The notes under the pieces: model-generated
Told to the model about the DNA's origin: nothing
The model's database searches: none
Seen by the model: only the letters and a program-made list of their open reading frames with translations
Position numbers and translations under genes: made by a program
Shown here: piece after piece, positions 50,350-64,000 of the stretch
Numbering within the stretch: the stretch's first letter is position 1
Layout: every line of letters begins with the position of its first letter
NCBI GenBank assembly: GCA_000182565.2
Contig: KQ257451.1
DNA from: Spizellomyces punctatus DAOM BR117
Taxonomy: Eukaryota
Length of the DNA stretch: 64,000 bases
Strand: one strand, 5' to 3'

Positions 50350-50609
50350 GTTTCGATCGCCTGAACATCTCCAGATCCCGGCACTAGATGTTTACGAAAA
50401 CTCCGTCAAGCGACAGGAAGATACAGTTCCACATTGGTCAATGACATCTCAGACTTGGATGCAATTTGGATATAGTGTGGATCATTCCCAAAGTGGTTAA
50501 ATTGTGATCTGAGCGGCTGTGAAAACTATATACAGCCAGATATGGATAAATGACGCGCAGCATTCCATTACTCACAAATACCAATGCTCGGTTGGTGTGA
50601 TCTGCCAAA

Positions 50610-53068
50610 ATGCCCAAGGAAATCGTAACTCTGCAGCTAGGCCACACAGCTAATTGGGTCGGAACACATTTCTGGAATATTCAGGTAAAACATGTCGTGC
50701 TCTGGGCATATGGACATTCTCATACCGTTATGTTTAGGAATCATATTTTCACTTCAACCCAGACGATGAACCAGAAATTCAACATGATGTTTTGTTCCGG
50801 GCCGGGAGCAACGTATATGTAACTATCCGTTTTCATTTCCAAAAACGACAACCGGTGTACCAACGTATCCTTTGTGATCGGAAAGGGTGAAGAAACATAT
50901 ACCCCGCGGTTGATCCTGTTCGATCTGAAAGGTGTACCCGTGTCTCTACTGATTTTTGGCGTACGTACAAGATGCAAGTGTTGACATAATGTCAAGGTGG
51001 TCTGGGGACCTTGAAGAAAGTTAGTCCTCTATACGAACCTTCAAACGAGAGCGCATCCTACACCGCTGACACTTGGTAAGAAGCGCTGATATCTATAACT
51101 CTATTGCAAGAGCTAAGACGCTGTAGGAGTGGCAAAGTTGAACGATATGCAGAAGAGCCGTACCCGAAAAACCAATTCCTTCATCATCTGGACGAGGTAG
51201 CATACGAGACTCACTTGTTATCGTAGGCGGGCCTTTAATCCAAACTTTAGCCCCCGCCAGAGACTACAATACCACTCACTTACGCCGATGAGCTTGAAAG
51301 AAAAGTGTCTGTATGGTCAGATTTCAACAAGCTTTATTATCATCCCAAAAGTATAGTCGAGATACCCCACTACTTGCACGAGGACGACAGGAATCCTTTT
51401 TCAACATTCACCCAAGGTCTTGACATTTTTTCGCAGCCTGACGTTGTGAGTACCCAGCCGTGCCCATTTCATCGTCCCCTAAAAAGTAAATGTGCATATT
51501 CAAATACGGTAATAGAAGGAAGACGTCCTTGATGAACGACTTCGCTTTTTTGTCGAAGAATGCGATTCGTTGCAGGTGCGAGTTTAAATCATTACCATGA
51601 TTGGAAATGCTGTACTTACGAACCAAGTAGGGGTTTAACCTTGTGGCGGATGCTGTAGACGGATTTTCAGGCATTACCGCCAGTCTGTTGGAATATCTTC
51701 GTGATGAATTTCCCAAGAAAGCTGCCATAACTTTTGGAATCCACAAGCCGCTTCCGCACGAATACACTGAGGTGGAATCATTTTGTTCCCTAGAGTGCCT
51801 TCAGCGTACAGCTCACTTTACAATCTACAGAAAAGCCGAACCATATGTTCTATCAATTCAGCACTGCTTCTGGAGGCCGCCTGCCGAACAAGTTCCTTGT
51901 ACATTCCTATGTTTCCACCTACGAGAAATGATCTTGATCCCAATGGATGGTCTAAGTATCTCAGCACAGATGTGCGTATGGCACGTATTTTTTTGATTGA
52001 GTGCCGGCTGACAATTTGTGATTCTATCTAGTTTACCTCTATATATCATTGGAGTGCCTACCTGTCTACTGCCATAGAGACCACACTACTCCCGGTTCGG
52101 TATGTCCGTCCCCTTCTCCCCATATTACAAGTGCGCTGAGCACTTGATAACCCCCTTCATTCCAGGGTAAAGGCGAATCCGCTACATATGCTTGACATGG
52201 CTGATGTTGTCAGTGGCGGAAGCGCCCGTACATTGGCGGCATTAGCCTCTTCTCTTCCATTTCCCATGCCTAAGCATGCACCTTTTACCACCGTGATGAG
52301 CCCCCAAAATTCAAGGATACGATGGATGCGGGACTTGACTCAGCAGCTGCCATATGACTCGGTGGGTTCCCACAAATTAACATATGCTACAGGTGCGCCA
52401 AACTCATGACATTTGCTGCAGATAGGAGACCATTTCGGACACGTCGCCGTTTCACGAGGTGTAGCTGAGATTGCAAAGTTTCAAAATCACGAACATCAAC
52501 AATGGTGAGCGTTTGTGGGGGATATGAATAGCAAAATCCTAACCATTCTCATCTAGTCCGCCTACCAAATCTCAAGTACAAGAGGCACTTGACAGGCTTT
52601 ACAATTCGCAGTCAGCAATGGCTGGTGGCCGAAGGTAAGTCTCTTATTCCTCTCAATAGACCCACCATCGCGCTCAAAGAGATGACGGTCCAGCATCGCG
52701 CTCGACCAGGCCATGCCGGTCGCGGAAACTTTTCCTCAATTTTTCACCGAGCATGTTGATAACAATGGTCTTGTCGATGATCTGGCTGAGCGACCTAGCG
52801 GTAAGATTACAGAGCGATGTGATTTTGATTCCGTTTTCTCATGAAATCTATTGATGCAGGGGTTGTAACCCGAGTAGCTACAATGACTCACCTACAAATA
52901 TCACCTCAGCTGAAGAAATTGATCATTGATGCTGCTCGGACACTGACCAGAATTTCAACACCTATTGCTGTCTTATATGAGAAAGGGGAGCATGGGATAT
53001 CTGGAGAGGATTGGCGGGCAATGAGAGAGGCCATTGAACAGCTGGCAGAGAATTATGAAGAAGAATAA
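50610..53068 (+). CDS. DML1: Misato/Dml1 tubulin-like protein, multi-exon
   Basis: KEIVTLQLGHTANWVGTHFWNIQ, TYTPRLILFDLKG, WSDFNKLYYHPKS, LRFFVEECDSLQG. Confidence 0.93.
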
Positions 53069-53270
53069 AGGTACTGTCATACCTCATGTAAAATCGCAAC
53101 TGATACTAATACTCCACCCACCAGACTCGTGGTATTGGCACATTACCCCCACCAATTGTAGATGTCTGAAACCTTTAGCATAGCCGCGGGCAAATCTTTC
53201 TGACTCGAGCTGAGCAGTCAGTTCATATGTTAACTTTTGTATTTGCTTTTTGTATGAACGACAAAACAGA

Positions 53271-54032
53271 TCAATCTTCTCCTGCTGGCACCTCCTCCTC
53301 TAGATATTTGACCAGCTTTACGCGCATCTCCGTTAAGTCATCCCCTCGTAGGATGTCACTGACGAATGCCACCTCCACTTGCATGTGAACCATTTCTAAG
53401 GCCCCTCGTAGTACCCCGCACAAAACATTGGAATACCACAATTCGGTCACGGCATCCTCTGGAAGTTCCACGAAATCTGAAAGCGGGTTATCTTCGAGGA
53501 CTAGGGAGAATTCTTTGGAGTCTGCGGACCAGTTTGTTACAGTGGGTGATATACCGAGGAATATTTTGAAGCCAATCTGTCCGAATCGCGGCGTAAATTA
53601 ACGAGGCACTAGCAATCAAGCCTTCAAAGGCCCAACACCCACTTTTGCTATTGTATCTGCCGTTTCCCGAAAGTCACCGCACTTGGTAGTACCAGATTTT
53701 GCCAGGAAATCTTCAATCAACCGTACTCCGATATTATATCCCCTGTGGTAGAAACAGTTTTTAGCAACGAGAACGATATATCTCCCCCACAGAACATTCA
53801 ACCAACCCACATCTTCTCCAAGTGCTTATTTACTTCTATATAGTTTTCGTGATCTTTCATGAGTTGCGCCACGACTGAACCGTACGTCAGCGTAAAAAGT
53901 TCGGCGCTCTGTGCAAACGTTCGTTAGAGTCTAGAAAACGCAGATGAGGGGCGATCCTTTGAACCAGCATACAATTTTATCCACTTTTGTCTTCCATATC
54001 TCATCTCCAGTTTGTCGTGGCTGCCGAAGCAT
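53271..54032 (-). CDS. BET3: TRAPP complex subunit Bet3 (TRAPPC3)
   Basis: [50 protein letters not shown]. Confidence 0.96.
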
Positions 54033-54195
54033 GGTAATCTTAGCTCTTTGGTGGTGTAAATTGAGGAAAGATGGGGGAAGCTAAACGGGCAGAACGCGTT
54101 GACGGTTGACTCACCGCCAGTGAACGTGATCCAGCATCCAGAATCCAACTAACTTGTAAAAACCGACATGTTCATTTTCATGTAGACTATTATAG

Positions 54196-55872
54196 ATGAC
54201 CTCCACGGTTACGACCCGCACTCACGTTCGGATAGATACAGAGTACAGCGCTGACGCTGTTGAGTTCTGTCCGATACATCCCTTTACGCATGTGGTAGCG
54301 GTTGGAACTTATCAAGTGGTCAAAGACGGTAACCTCTGGTCCCCAGACGCAAATGGGAATATAAAGGAGACGACAACAGAAATCGCGGAGGACAAGGGAA
54401 ATTTCAATACCGGTAGGCTTGGTCGACTCTTATTGTTCGGTTTGACAGAGTCGGGAGAGAATGAAGAATCCATCGTAGCGTGAGTTGAATATTTATTGTC
54501 AACAACGCTTCCGAAACCTCACAAAATTTCTGTCTAGGAAGGAGGTTTTCCGGATGGAAACTGGTGCCATTCTTGATATGAAATGGTGGGACTGCTAGTG
54601 TCAACTCTGTTGTTCCAACATTAAGCGTGATCTACGCAGGTCACACCATCCAGTTGATGGTCAGGCGTACTTGGGGCTTGTCGATGCGTTGGGACAAACG
54701 CAGCTTCTTGGCTTGAATGAGGTTGGTGAAAAATAAGTGCATAAAGAATTACCGTGAAACTAAAGCCAGACTATGTGCAGGGCTCTGAGGAGCTGGTGCC
54801 AAAGGCCTCACATTCTAACGGGAAGGATGGAGTCCTCAGTCTATCCCTGGACTGGTCAAATCGCGTCAATAACAGGTAAGATGCACCTCAGTATGAAAAT
54901 TGTGATCGTTTTTTGTGTCCTGAACAATAGTACTCTGTGTTGTCCGCCAGCGATCCACGAATTATAATCAGCGAAAGCGATGGAAATATTGCCCGCCTTT
55001 CAATAACCGGCGGGTCGATTGTGCGAAGCGAAGAATGGCACGCACATGAATTTGAAGCTTGGATCTCGGCCTTTAATTACTGGGAGACGGAGATTGTTTA
55101 TACTGGTATGAATCGTCTGTCTACAGTCACGATTCCTTCGCATGTATTTGCTAACATGTTTGCCATCCCTTCACAGGTGGCGACGACTGTACTCTCAAAG
55201 GATGGGACCTTCGAATGAACCCGGCGTCACCCACTTTTACGAATAGAAGGTGCGTACTGGATCTTGTCTCCTGATGTCATTGCTGTAGTGCTCACATTTT
55301 GTCATCGATTATTCTAAGGCATCAGGCCGGAGTTTGCAGTATTCAATCGCATCCTCATCGCCAACATATACTTGCAACCGGAAGGTGATTGCTTGTCTCT
55401 CGCGAGAGAAGTACTCTTTGTCCTTTTGCATAACTATTCTACCCCCAATGTCAGCTACGATGAAAGCATCATGATCTGGGACACACGAAAAATGCGCACC
55501 CCATTATTAGAACATCATACGGGGGGAGGAGTCTGGCGTCTGAAATGGCACCCGACAGACCCCGGGCAGCTGCTCGCTGCATGTATGCACAATGGCTTTC
55601 ACATCCTAAACGTCGATACAGGTAAATGGAAGCACCACATCTTCCAAACATGACTCTAATAATATATCCTGACAGACGCAACTCGATGTGAAACTGTGTG
55701 CAGCTATATGGAGCATACCTCCCTTGCCTACGGTGCAGACTGGTGCTATTCTAACCTCAAGCCAAAGCTAGAAGAAACTTCTGTCCGAAAATCGGCAAAG
55801 GACACTTTGGGAACATGTTCATTTTATGATCACATTTTCCACGTGTGGGATGTTGCACAGCCTCTTCGATGA
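54196..55872 (+). CDS. DPH7: Diphthine methyltransferase/methylesterase WD40 protein Dph7 (WDR85/Rrt2)
   Basis: [73 protein letters not shown]. Confidence 0.93.
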
Positions 55873-55922
55873 CTGCACAAAAGTTGCGGAATCTATTAGC
55901 ACCTGAACATTATCTACTCTCT

Positions 55923-58516
55923 TTATGATCGTAATGGAGGGCCTATATGTCGTAGGGTATCGTGTTCTGACACAAGAGGAGGTGGAGGTGATCCGTTTCT
56001 GCGTGCGACGTACAAACCGAGACCCTTACGTGGAAGTGAATGAGCCGGCGGACCCCACTGTCGAACTTCTCCTAGAAGGTATTCGCTTTTCGTATTCTGG
56101 ATATTTGAAATGTTAGAAACCCATATAAAATCATTGATCAAACGGTGTGTACATACTGGACCGAATGGCAAAGGTGCAGTTTGCACAGCTACGTCGCGAT
56201 ATGCTTCATGGTCTGATGAACTAGACTGCAAATTTTCTTTTTGCGTTGACGGTATTGCCGCGATTACAGCCTGCAACCCGGCTGGAGGCAGTTTTCTAGG
56301 AAGGCTATGCGCATTCACCGACTCAGGTGTTCTTCGTGGTTCTGCTGGGGCTTGACGACCAGCTTGAGATTCCAATGGGGCAGTCTCTTGACGCAACATT
56401 TTATCCGTTTCGATTTCCTCAGAGCGCCCCATTTGATCATTATGTGTCTCAGCAAAGGAGTCTGTCGCCACTGAATCCAAATGCAACCGGATGTGTCGGA
56501 ATCATATGTACCGTTGACGCAATCAAGCTGCATACTTACTTGAAGCGCTGTTAATGTCGACCAACCCCTAAGTGCGAGAAAGTTGGAGATGTTTGTACAT
56601 GGGTTTGGTTGTCAACCTTGTGCCGGGATAGGGTACTCGTACCTCGTGGTTGATAGCAGCCACTGCTTCCACCAAGGTGCTCCGCAATCTTGAAAGTACT
56701 GTTGTTCACTTCTGCTGTTCCGGAGAAAGCAAAACGGCTCTTGGAACCCTACCTTTCAATATAGGCGCCAAAATCGGTCGATATCACATCCTGATTATGA
56801 AGTCTGTGTTCATCCCAGTATTCAGTCATATCATCTGCTACCCGACAGACTTTCATTAACAATGAAGAGAGCTGCGAATTTTTGGTCTGTAAATCTTCGT
56901 CTATCTGCAAGGGAGTATAGGTTCAGCGACGACAGTGTAGCATGAGAGCGTATAAATTACTGTACCGGCAGATCAGCATTGCTACTCCTATCCGACTCAT
57001 ATATCTGATCTGTTGATTCCTCTTCTCGGTCTTCGTACTCGTATTGCTCACGATCATAAATGACATTTCCCTCTAGATCCAACAAACCGCTTTCATATGC
57101 CATCTCCAGCATCTTGTCGCTCTCTGCAATTCCGTATCGTCAGTTAGGAGTTTTTCCAGGTACGTTTCTAAACTTTACCTTTGAGCTTCTCCACCAGCAT
57201 TTTGATAACTCGCTGATTGGTCTGATTCTTCTTGGCCAATTCTTGTTCGGATTCCGTGAGCAGCCCATTACCTGTTCGTAATTGTGCCACCTTTTGTTTG
57301 AGTGAATCGTTTTCGCCGATCAGTTCGATCGTCTTTGCGCTCATTTTTTTGAGTTGAGACGTTATGGCCATGTTCTCGCGGATGGCTCGTTTCGTTGTCT
57401 GTTAACACAAAACCGCAGGATCAGAATGCATTTTGAAATCAGCCTCCAGTTTCCCAGCCGCATTATACCTCTGCCATCTGCTGATCCGCAACTCGTCGGA
57501 AGCTGGCCACCGCTTCATTGACCTTTTGTAGCATCTCTTTCTTGACGGAATTCTATGTAGATGCCTCTTTAAGCAAAATGCTGCCAGTTTCAGTACAACT
57601 GGTTATGTACCTTATCCTGAAGTACTTTTCGCTCAATATTGTGAATAGTCTCCTTGTATGACCGCTCCTTTGCTTCCAACTGATTCTTCAACGATTTCAG
57701 CTGCTGTTCTAGCTCGTCCTTTATCAAGTGACAAGTTGGCGTCGTCAATGTCCACCACTGGTGAGGAGACCCTGAACAATGCAGTCCTCACCTTCCTTGC
57801 AGCAAAAGTATTCAAGTCATGCAGTTGAGCCTTATAAACAGCAACCTGACTCTGCAGGCCTTCGATCTCTTTATGAGCAGCTCCCACCGCGTGCTCCACG
57901 TCAGTCTTGGCTTTCGCCTCGAGGTCTCTTTTTTCTTGGTCCATTTGAACCACCTTTTCCTCCAGATCACTGATATGCTTTTCGTGTTCCCCTACTTTAA
58001 TGTTCAGGAATTCCACAATGTCTTGCTGTACCAAGTTGTTGTGAGTGCGGGGTACCAGACAGCGAACGCTTCAATCACAGGCGGCTATGGCACCTTATCG
58101 TGGCTGGCTTTTGCTTGAGCTTTGCCCAAGGCGTCGTTTTCTTTGGTCAACACATCGCACTTGCTTTTACTTTAAGAATAAGGTAGCTGTTAAATTCAGT
58201 AGATTAACATGAATAAACGTTAATATCCGGACTTACTATCGCTCAAGCTTCTCCATGAGGTCTCGAACTTTGGCCTCATAAATTTCAATGGTGACCTCAT
58301 CTAGTTTTGATTTCTCGGCCTGCTTAAAATCTCCTTCATCTGTGCTGGAGGCAAAGTGTCAAGAAAGACAACAGTCAAGGGTTAAGGACAACTGTCAAGC
58401 AAATCGGATGAAACATGAGCATGCTCATATTTCGTATAAAACACAAAAGGATATCTGTCCCCTGTAGCGCTAGCCGATTTTCTTCCACCTTTCTTCCCGC
58501 CCTTTTTGTCAGACAT
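55923..58516 (-). CDS. CFAP157: Coiled-coil ciliary protein, CFAP157-like, multi-exon
   Basis: YEAKVRDLMEKLERYKSKCDVL, DKQDIVEFLNIK, FRRVADQQMAETTKRAIRENMAITSQL. Confidence 0.72.
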
Positions 58517-59970
58517 GGCGACGTGAAAGCGGTTGTCACTGGCTGAATGCTCGCGGGCAAGATTATACTTGAGGAATGTCGATCATTTGATCGAAATTTC
58601 GAGCGGACTATTTGGCTGGATGGCTTACCAAATCCTTGGATTCCAACCATGTTTAACCATCATTCGAGCAATATTGGATATCAAAAGAGAAATCCCAGCC
58701 CAGCAGTTTCGACTTCCCTCTGCGAGACTGATCAAAGGCTCTTCCAAAGCAAAAGAGACTGGCAAACGGTCTTGTTTGCAAAGGCCATTTGTGAGCATCA
58801 AGGCGGCTGTGGATCCAAAGTATGCACGGGAAATACCGCGTCGGCTTCTCTTTGTCAACATATATCATATTTCATCCTATTTCATCCTTTATCACAGGCC
58901 CTTCCCCCGAAAAGGATGCCATCATCGCCCGAAGGCTCCGGCGAGTCGTTGCTCCTACCATTTCTGGCGCGCGCACACGATCAGTCCCAGGCGCCCACCT
59001 CAAAGAGGTTAGTACGTTGCATTACTACAACGGCCTTTAAAGTTATCCGGTTATGACTTTTCGACCGAGTTGAGTTTAGCGCCAAGTTCCCAGGGCGGGC
59101 TCGAGTTTTACGCCATCCCAAGGCGAGTGAAGAGAGAGTGGGGGGGATGCGGGAGAGAGTGCCTTTTTATAACCCTGGGGGAACTGCGCTTTTTTTTTTT
59201 GCAATTCGGAATTCTCGGCGGAAGATTCCGTATCCTGCGTACGTCATTCTTGTGAGCACGCCATGAACGCCCAATCATCGTCGTCGCTTCCACCTCCTGG
59301 CAGCCCCTTGCCCACGGCGCGCGAGTCAAGATTATGTAAACGCGTGAAGCGAGTCATTTGTTTATCTTGATTTTCCCACGGTCCTCCCCCAACGAGATGA
59401 AGAACAAATATCGTACGCACAGACGACAAAGTTCACTACTTGATGGACGTTCAGTGAGGCGGAAATCGGACAGTCTGTATATGGCTTTCCTTCTCCCGCT
59501 CTCAATTGCAGAGACACATCTCATTTTTTTTTGGACATGACAATTCAAGCCGCGACGGGCATCATCTTATTTGCGAGTGTGGTAGGGAGCCCGATACAAT
59601 AGCAGGCTGCATTCGTCGAACGCCAGATCAATGGAGCTTCATTTGTTATGACAACATTTGCTGCTGTAATCACACCTATTGAAGCGGCTATTGAAAATGC
59701 TGTTACACTTCATTGGATAGCCGGTGCTATATGCTCAGAGGAAGCAGGTTCATTCCAAAAGCGATAGATATGGAAGATTTGTGACACAGAAACAAGATGT
59801 TATTCCCCCCGCTTCGACCTGCTATCTTGCAAAATCAGATAAATGTCGGTGTGCAGGAACGCATCCTATGTTATCTAAAAAGAAACTATGCAATGGCATG
59901 TAATGCTACGTGTATGTACATAATCCATCGGAAAGGAGGCCAGAAACGTCAACATGTGGTAATACCCCAG

Positions 59971-62190
59971 CTAGGAGCTGCTTTCAATATCAACTTGCTC
60001 GTTAGACACGTCAAACTTTCCGGTAGACTCGACGCCAGTAGCACGGCGCGGGCTTTGCGGTCCAGTTTCGTTATCATCCTTCTCAACCGGGCGGGTAATC
60101 GTATCATCATCTACGGCGTGCCGTTTTCCTTGGAATTCTTGCCGCTGAACTGTATCAAGGTATGCATCCGATCCAACAAACGCTGGGGCATCCCGGAAAA
60201 TTTCTTCCTCATCATCGTTGGCTTCTCGGTCCAATTCATCCACATTTGCTATTGCATCTACTTCCCCGAGCATCTGTTCGTATTCAGGTACTTCGGTTTC
60301 ATTTTCCCAGCGAGATGCTTCGGTCTGTTCAAAGTCTTTCACAACTAGGTGTTCAAGTATTTCATCCATGAGGGTCACGTACTCGGGATACAGATGGGGA
60401 TGTCGGACAACACGCGCAAATCCATCGCTTTTTCGTACCGCGTTGAAATCGGCTAAGACGTACTGTAGCACTAACCGACGTAAAGGTTCGTACTTGTATG
60501 CAAAGGAGAACAAGAATTCAGTGACGGTATCTGGTTGAATATGGGTTTGTAAAAGGCTTTTGGCTTTGCTCATCAAATCGTGAACCTAGTGTATGTTGTT
60601 AGGAAGAAATATATCGGCCGCAGGTGACTAGAGTGGTAGTACTAACCTGATATTTGTCCGCAATGACGTACAAGTACCCGATTTCTGATATCGACGATGG
60701 TGGATCGATCTCACGGACGTAGAGGTATAGCAACATGTTGCGGACTGTACTATAGGGGAAATCCGGTATCTCCACAACAGTGATATCACGCTCAGTCGTG
60801 CTTTCTTGAAACCCTCTCGTGAACATTGCCAGAAAGTAGTCAGAAAGGCTAGATAACACACTCTTTTGCGCTGTCAGAATCTTCCCTTCAACGACAAAAT
60901 GCACATCGGCAACTGCTGGATTCGCCAAGAGAGAGCGAAAGGCCATCGATCGACGCCAATCCAGATTCCCAGCTGATTCAGTTGGCTCGAAAATTGGTGG
61001 TCTATGTGGCGCAATAACTTCCATTCGTCGTAAAATAGCTAAGAGGCTTGCAGTACTCCGACGAGTAGGATGCGTACTTAAACGTCGAAACGCATCGCTC
61101 GATCTGATCTCAGCAAAACTCTGAATGATGTAAACGCATATCAGTTCCCGTAACGATGGAGACAGGCCACCGAGAGCCATGTAAACATCCAGAGCATCGG
61201 TAACCGTGAGACAACTGTAGACCATTCTTCGAGACGTCCTTCTCAGTTGCTCCATGCCAAAACGCTCGGCAAGGACCTGTAGATATGCATGATTCTTGGC
61301 AGTGTTTTCTACATGCAGTGCACCGGTGTAGGCATACGCAATGGTGGCCCGTACAACCTCATAAGGGATATCATCAATGACCAAAGGCGATCCATCCTCG
61401 GGAAGTTCACATCCCGGTAACCTGCTGGCAAGGACTGATCTTTGCACGTATATCGGCTTTCCTCCAGCTATCACAGTCAGATCGGAAATCCTTGCGTCAT
61501 CAAAAAGGCCTGCCGGTAGAGCACCAGCGGCTTGCACAGGCCCAATAGGTAAGGTAATTACATCTTTTCCATTGATAACGTCGGGTTTCTGGCGCAAGCC
61601 GGCTTCGCCTGTCGTGAAAGAGATCCTAATGATCAACGTGTCATCGGTCAACTCCATCAATCTTGGCGAGCTTCGGAGGCTTATCAACCACCATCCAGCA
61701 GCATCCTCCATGTCACACCAAGTTGACTGGCTGCTTCGAACAACATGAAGGGCGGCTGGTTCAGGCTCTGTGATTGTTATCTGAAAATCAATATTGTTTG
61801 CACGAATCCAGGAAAGGAACTGCTCTTCCGTTTCGTTTGCATTTTGAGCCCATATATGTAGGTATATATCAATCCTAGACATACTCGTGAGAAAGCAACA
61901 CAGGCACCGCTCTTGTGTTTTCTGGATCCTCACCTTTGCCCATAGTCCTTTGACGCCGGCCGTAAGCCAAACGGATATACATTGCACCCCCATTTTCGGT
62001 TGCATACTAGAAATGGAGTTGCCCCATAAGAGAAAGTTGTTTTCCCATGCTCGGCCTTGCTAAAATTTCGGATTGCAAGTTCCAGAGTCCTACGGTTCTC
62101 GGTCAACTTCAAGGGAGTGATAGCAACGTTGTTGGAGGTCCCCATGACCAAGAGGTCTGACTGGGAAGCGGCAGATCTCAAGCTGCTCAA
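59971..62190 (-). CDS. Tandem BTB/POZ-domain protein with possible N-terminal MATH-like region; 5' end uncertain
   Basis: Two BTB signatures: SDLTVIAGGKPIYVQRSVLA...IAYAYTG and ADVHFVVEGKILTAQKSVLSSLSDYFLAMFTRGFQES...LLYLY...ADKYQV. Confidence 0.82.
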
Positions 62191-64000
62191 AGAGGGCTGG
62201 AGGTCTGATCGCGACAGTCACATGGGCTTGCTTACGTTCCCATCGCCCGCTGTTGCAAAGCGTGATATCTAAACGGGCATCAATCCTGTAGGCTACATGA
62301 ATTGTCTTTCCACTGGTATTTTCCAACACATTTCTTCAGTGAATTGTTCCTGGCTCTATTCACATACCGGTGGACCTTTTATCCAGAATTTCTGCGTTGA
62401 TGCTCTCCCATCTCCCTCCCTCAGCCCACTGGTTTCGGTGTTATGAGCCTCATCATCCAACTCTACCAAAACCCTTCAATGATTTCTCCTTTTCCTTATC
62501 ATTGAGCTAAAAGATGCATGTCAATATGTAGAAGGTCTCACCGAGTTTTTGGTTAACCCCTTCCTTACTCAGCTGTCACCATCGGCCCCTTCCACCATGG
62601 TAGCTACGTTGAAGATTGACCCACAGATGCAGTGACACTATTTGTTAGATGGCTTAATCTTGTCTATACATTCCTGCGTTCAGCTTACTTGCTGGCTTAT
62701 GTATCTGAAGACAGTGTACAGAGAGGCAACGGTATATATTTGTGGAGCGACACAGGACTGCCTACGAATTCTTATAGAAGGCTGGTTAGTCTATCCAGGC
62801 TACCCGGATATGGATGCGAGATTTTGTGACGATTGATGCTTGTACTGAACGACCGGCGATCCTCTTTGTTGGAGAATCGTAAGTTTGTTCGAGGTCAAGG
62901 GAGACAAAATGCCTTTAGCACTCGTCTTGACTTTTGTCCTTTGTATTCAAAGCATGCCTAAGAATCACCACTTGGCTTTGATGATGCTGATTTTTACAGC
63001 TCTCAGCGATCTATCAGGATGTTGGGCTTATCATTCTTCTCTCGCTTCTTTTTTCCTACTTGCTTTTGTTTCTGGTTTCTTTTCTGTTTCTGTTTGTTTG
63101 GTTTCATGTTTGTACCGGTTAGGACACTAAATGCAGCAGGTGTCCTTGTCAATAGGGGTTGCTGACTGCCCGAAGCATACTCTCATCTTGCACATGTTGA
63201 CGATACTCCTCCCTATAATGAGGATCTTGCATGGATGAGTAACAGGAAAATCGAGCCAGACACACTTTTATCCCTGTAGCGAGTGTCAACTTTGGGCAAG
63301 CTATGATGTGAGGAGGAGAATAGTCAATTTTTACCATGATATGGCTAGGTGTCGTAAGCTGTCGTCTAACCTGCTTTCCCTGCCCCAACCGAGGTCCCCC
63401 GTGTTTCTCTTCGAGCTGGCAATGTGGCTGCTTCCCTGGCGCTGCTTACTGGCTTTCCAGTACCGCAACAGCAAAACTTGCTGATCGCAGACATATCCAT
63501 ATGACCGAAGGGTAGGGCGGCTGGTGGGACTATTTGTGCCTAGGAGTGCTTTCTTTTGTTGCGGATGGCGATAAGTTCATACTCGTAAACTCGATCAGGA
63601 CATCCTCAGCATTCGATTCGAACTCCCTTTACAATAGGTTCCTCTGATACCATTGTGTTAACATAGGTCATGGAGGCCGTTGGTTGAGAATGGCACTTCT
63701 CAACATCAATGGTGCTTTTCTCCTCCCTGCGCAGCATTGAACTGTCGAGAAAAGGCCTGCAGAACGGTCAAAACCCTTGGGCAAGCGCTGGAAATAGTGC
63801 TTTGCGAAACAAAATAGACGACTGGTTCGCGATTTCAACAGGTAGAGAGACGGAAAAGCGTTGAAATGGGTGTATGGCAGGTGGTTAAATGATGGCCTTT
63901 CCGCTGATTGCTGTAGGAATTCGGAATTGCCTGCATGATATACATAATACCATCACCCACAGAACCATTTTTGGAAATCTTGCAGTATATCTGTGGAACT

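Noticed and set aside
50865-50873. GTATCCTTT U12-like donor in the Misato gene
   Set aside because: Lies inside an ordinary GTAACT..AAG intron that already gives the conserved DVLFRAG...GEETYTPR frame.
59168-59177. TAACCCT resembling a telomerase RNA template
   Set aside because: Only 7 nt, too short for a 1.5-repeat template, and no pseudoknot could be supported by eye.
62630-64000. Short ORFs at the right window edge
   Set aside because: No consistent exon chain or recognisable motif; may be the 3' part of a gene beyond the window.

Overview
Gene-dense, intron-rich eukaryotic DNA (short, mostly 50-80 nt GT-AG introns) from a flagellated zoosporic fungus. It carries the ciliary/centriolar genes POC1, CFAP70 and CFAP157; the source is inferred to be a chytrid such as Spizellomyces. 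I can support about 28 host genes (SEC7, SDR, POC1, POP3-like, CFAP70, PAP2, MRPL12, SDH6, TMEM135-like, anoctamin, MTU1, EF-Ts, VMA7, DIS3, FAN1, Bub3/Rae1-like, Clr2-like, GCN5, SBDS, TFB2, Misato, BET3, DPH7, CFAP157, BTB protein and others) plus one tRNA-Glu(TTC). The standout is a ~2.1 kb non-autonomous DNA transposon (17861-19998) with near-perfect terminal inverted repeats and TA at both junctions. It encodes a Fanzor1 (eukaryotic TnpB/Cas12-like RuvC) RNA-guided nuclease with an SV40-type NLS, intact D/E/D catalytic residues and a zinc finger, interrupted by one +1 frameshift. A 75-nt omegaRNA scaffold overlaps the right end and runs into a flank-derived guide; with the 5' CATA TAM at the left junction, that guide would target the empty insertion site. 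Other highlights are two predicted U12-type (AT-AC) first introns in ciliary genes, an unannotated three-exon micro-gene ending in CCQL downstream of an X-box-like motif, and a polyproline/WH2-like protein without an FH2 domain. Exon boundaries were read by eye; family assignments rest on motif recognition, not database searches.
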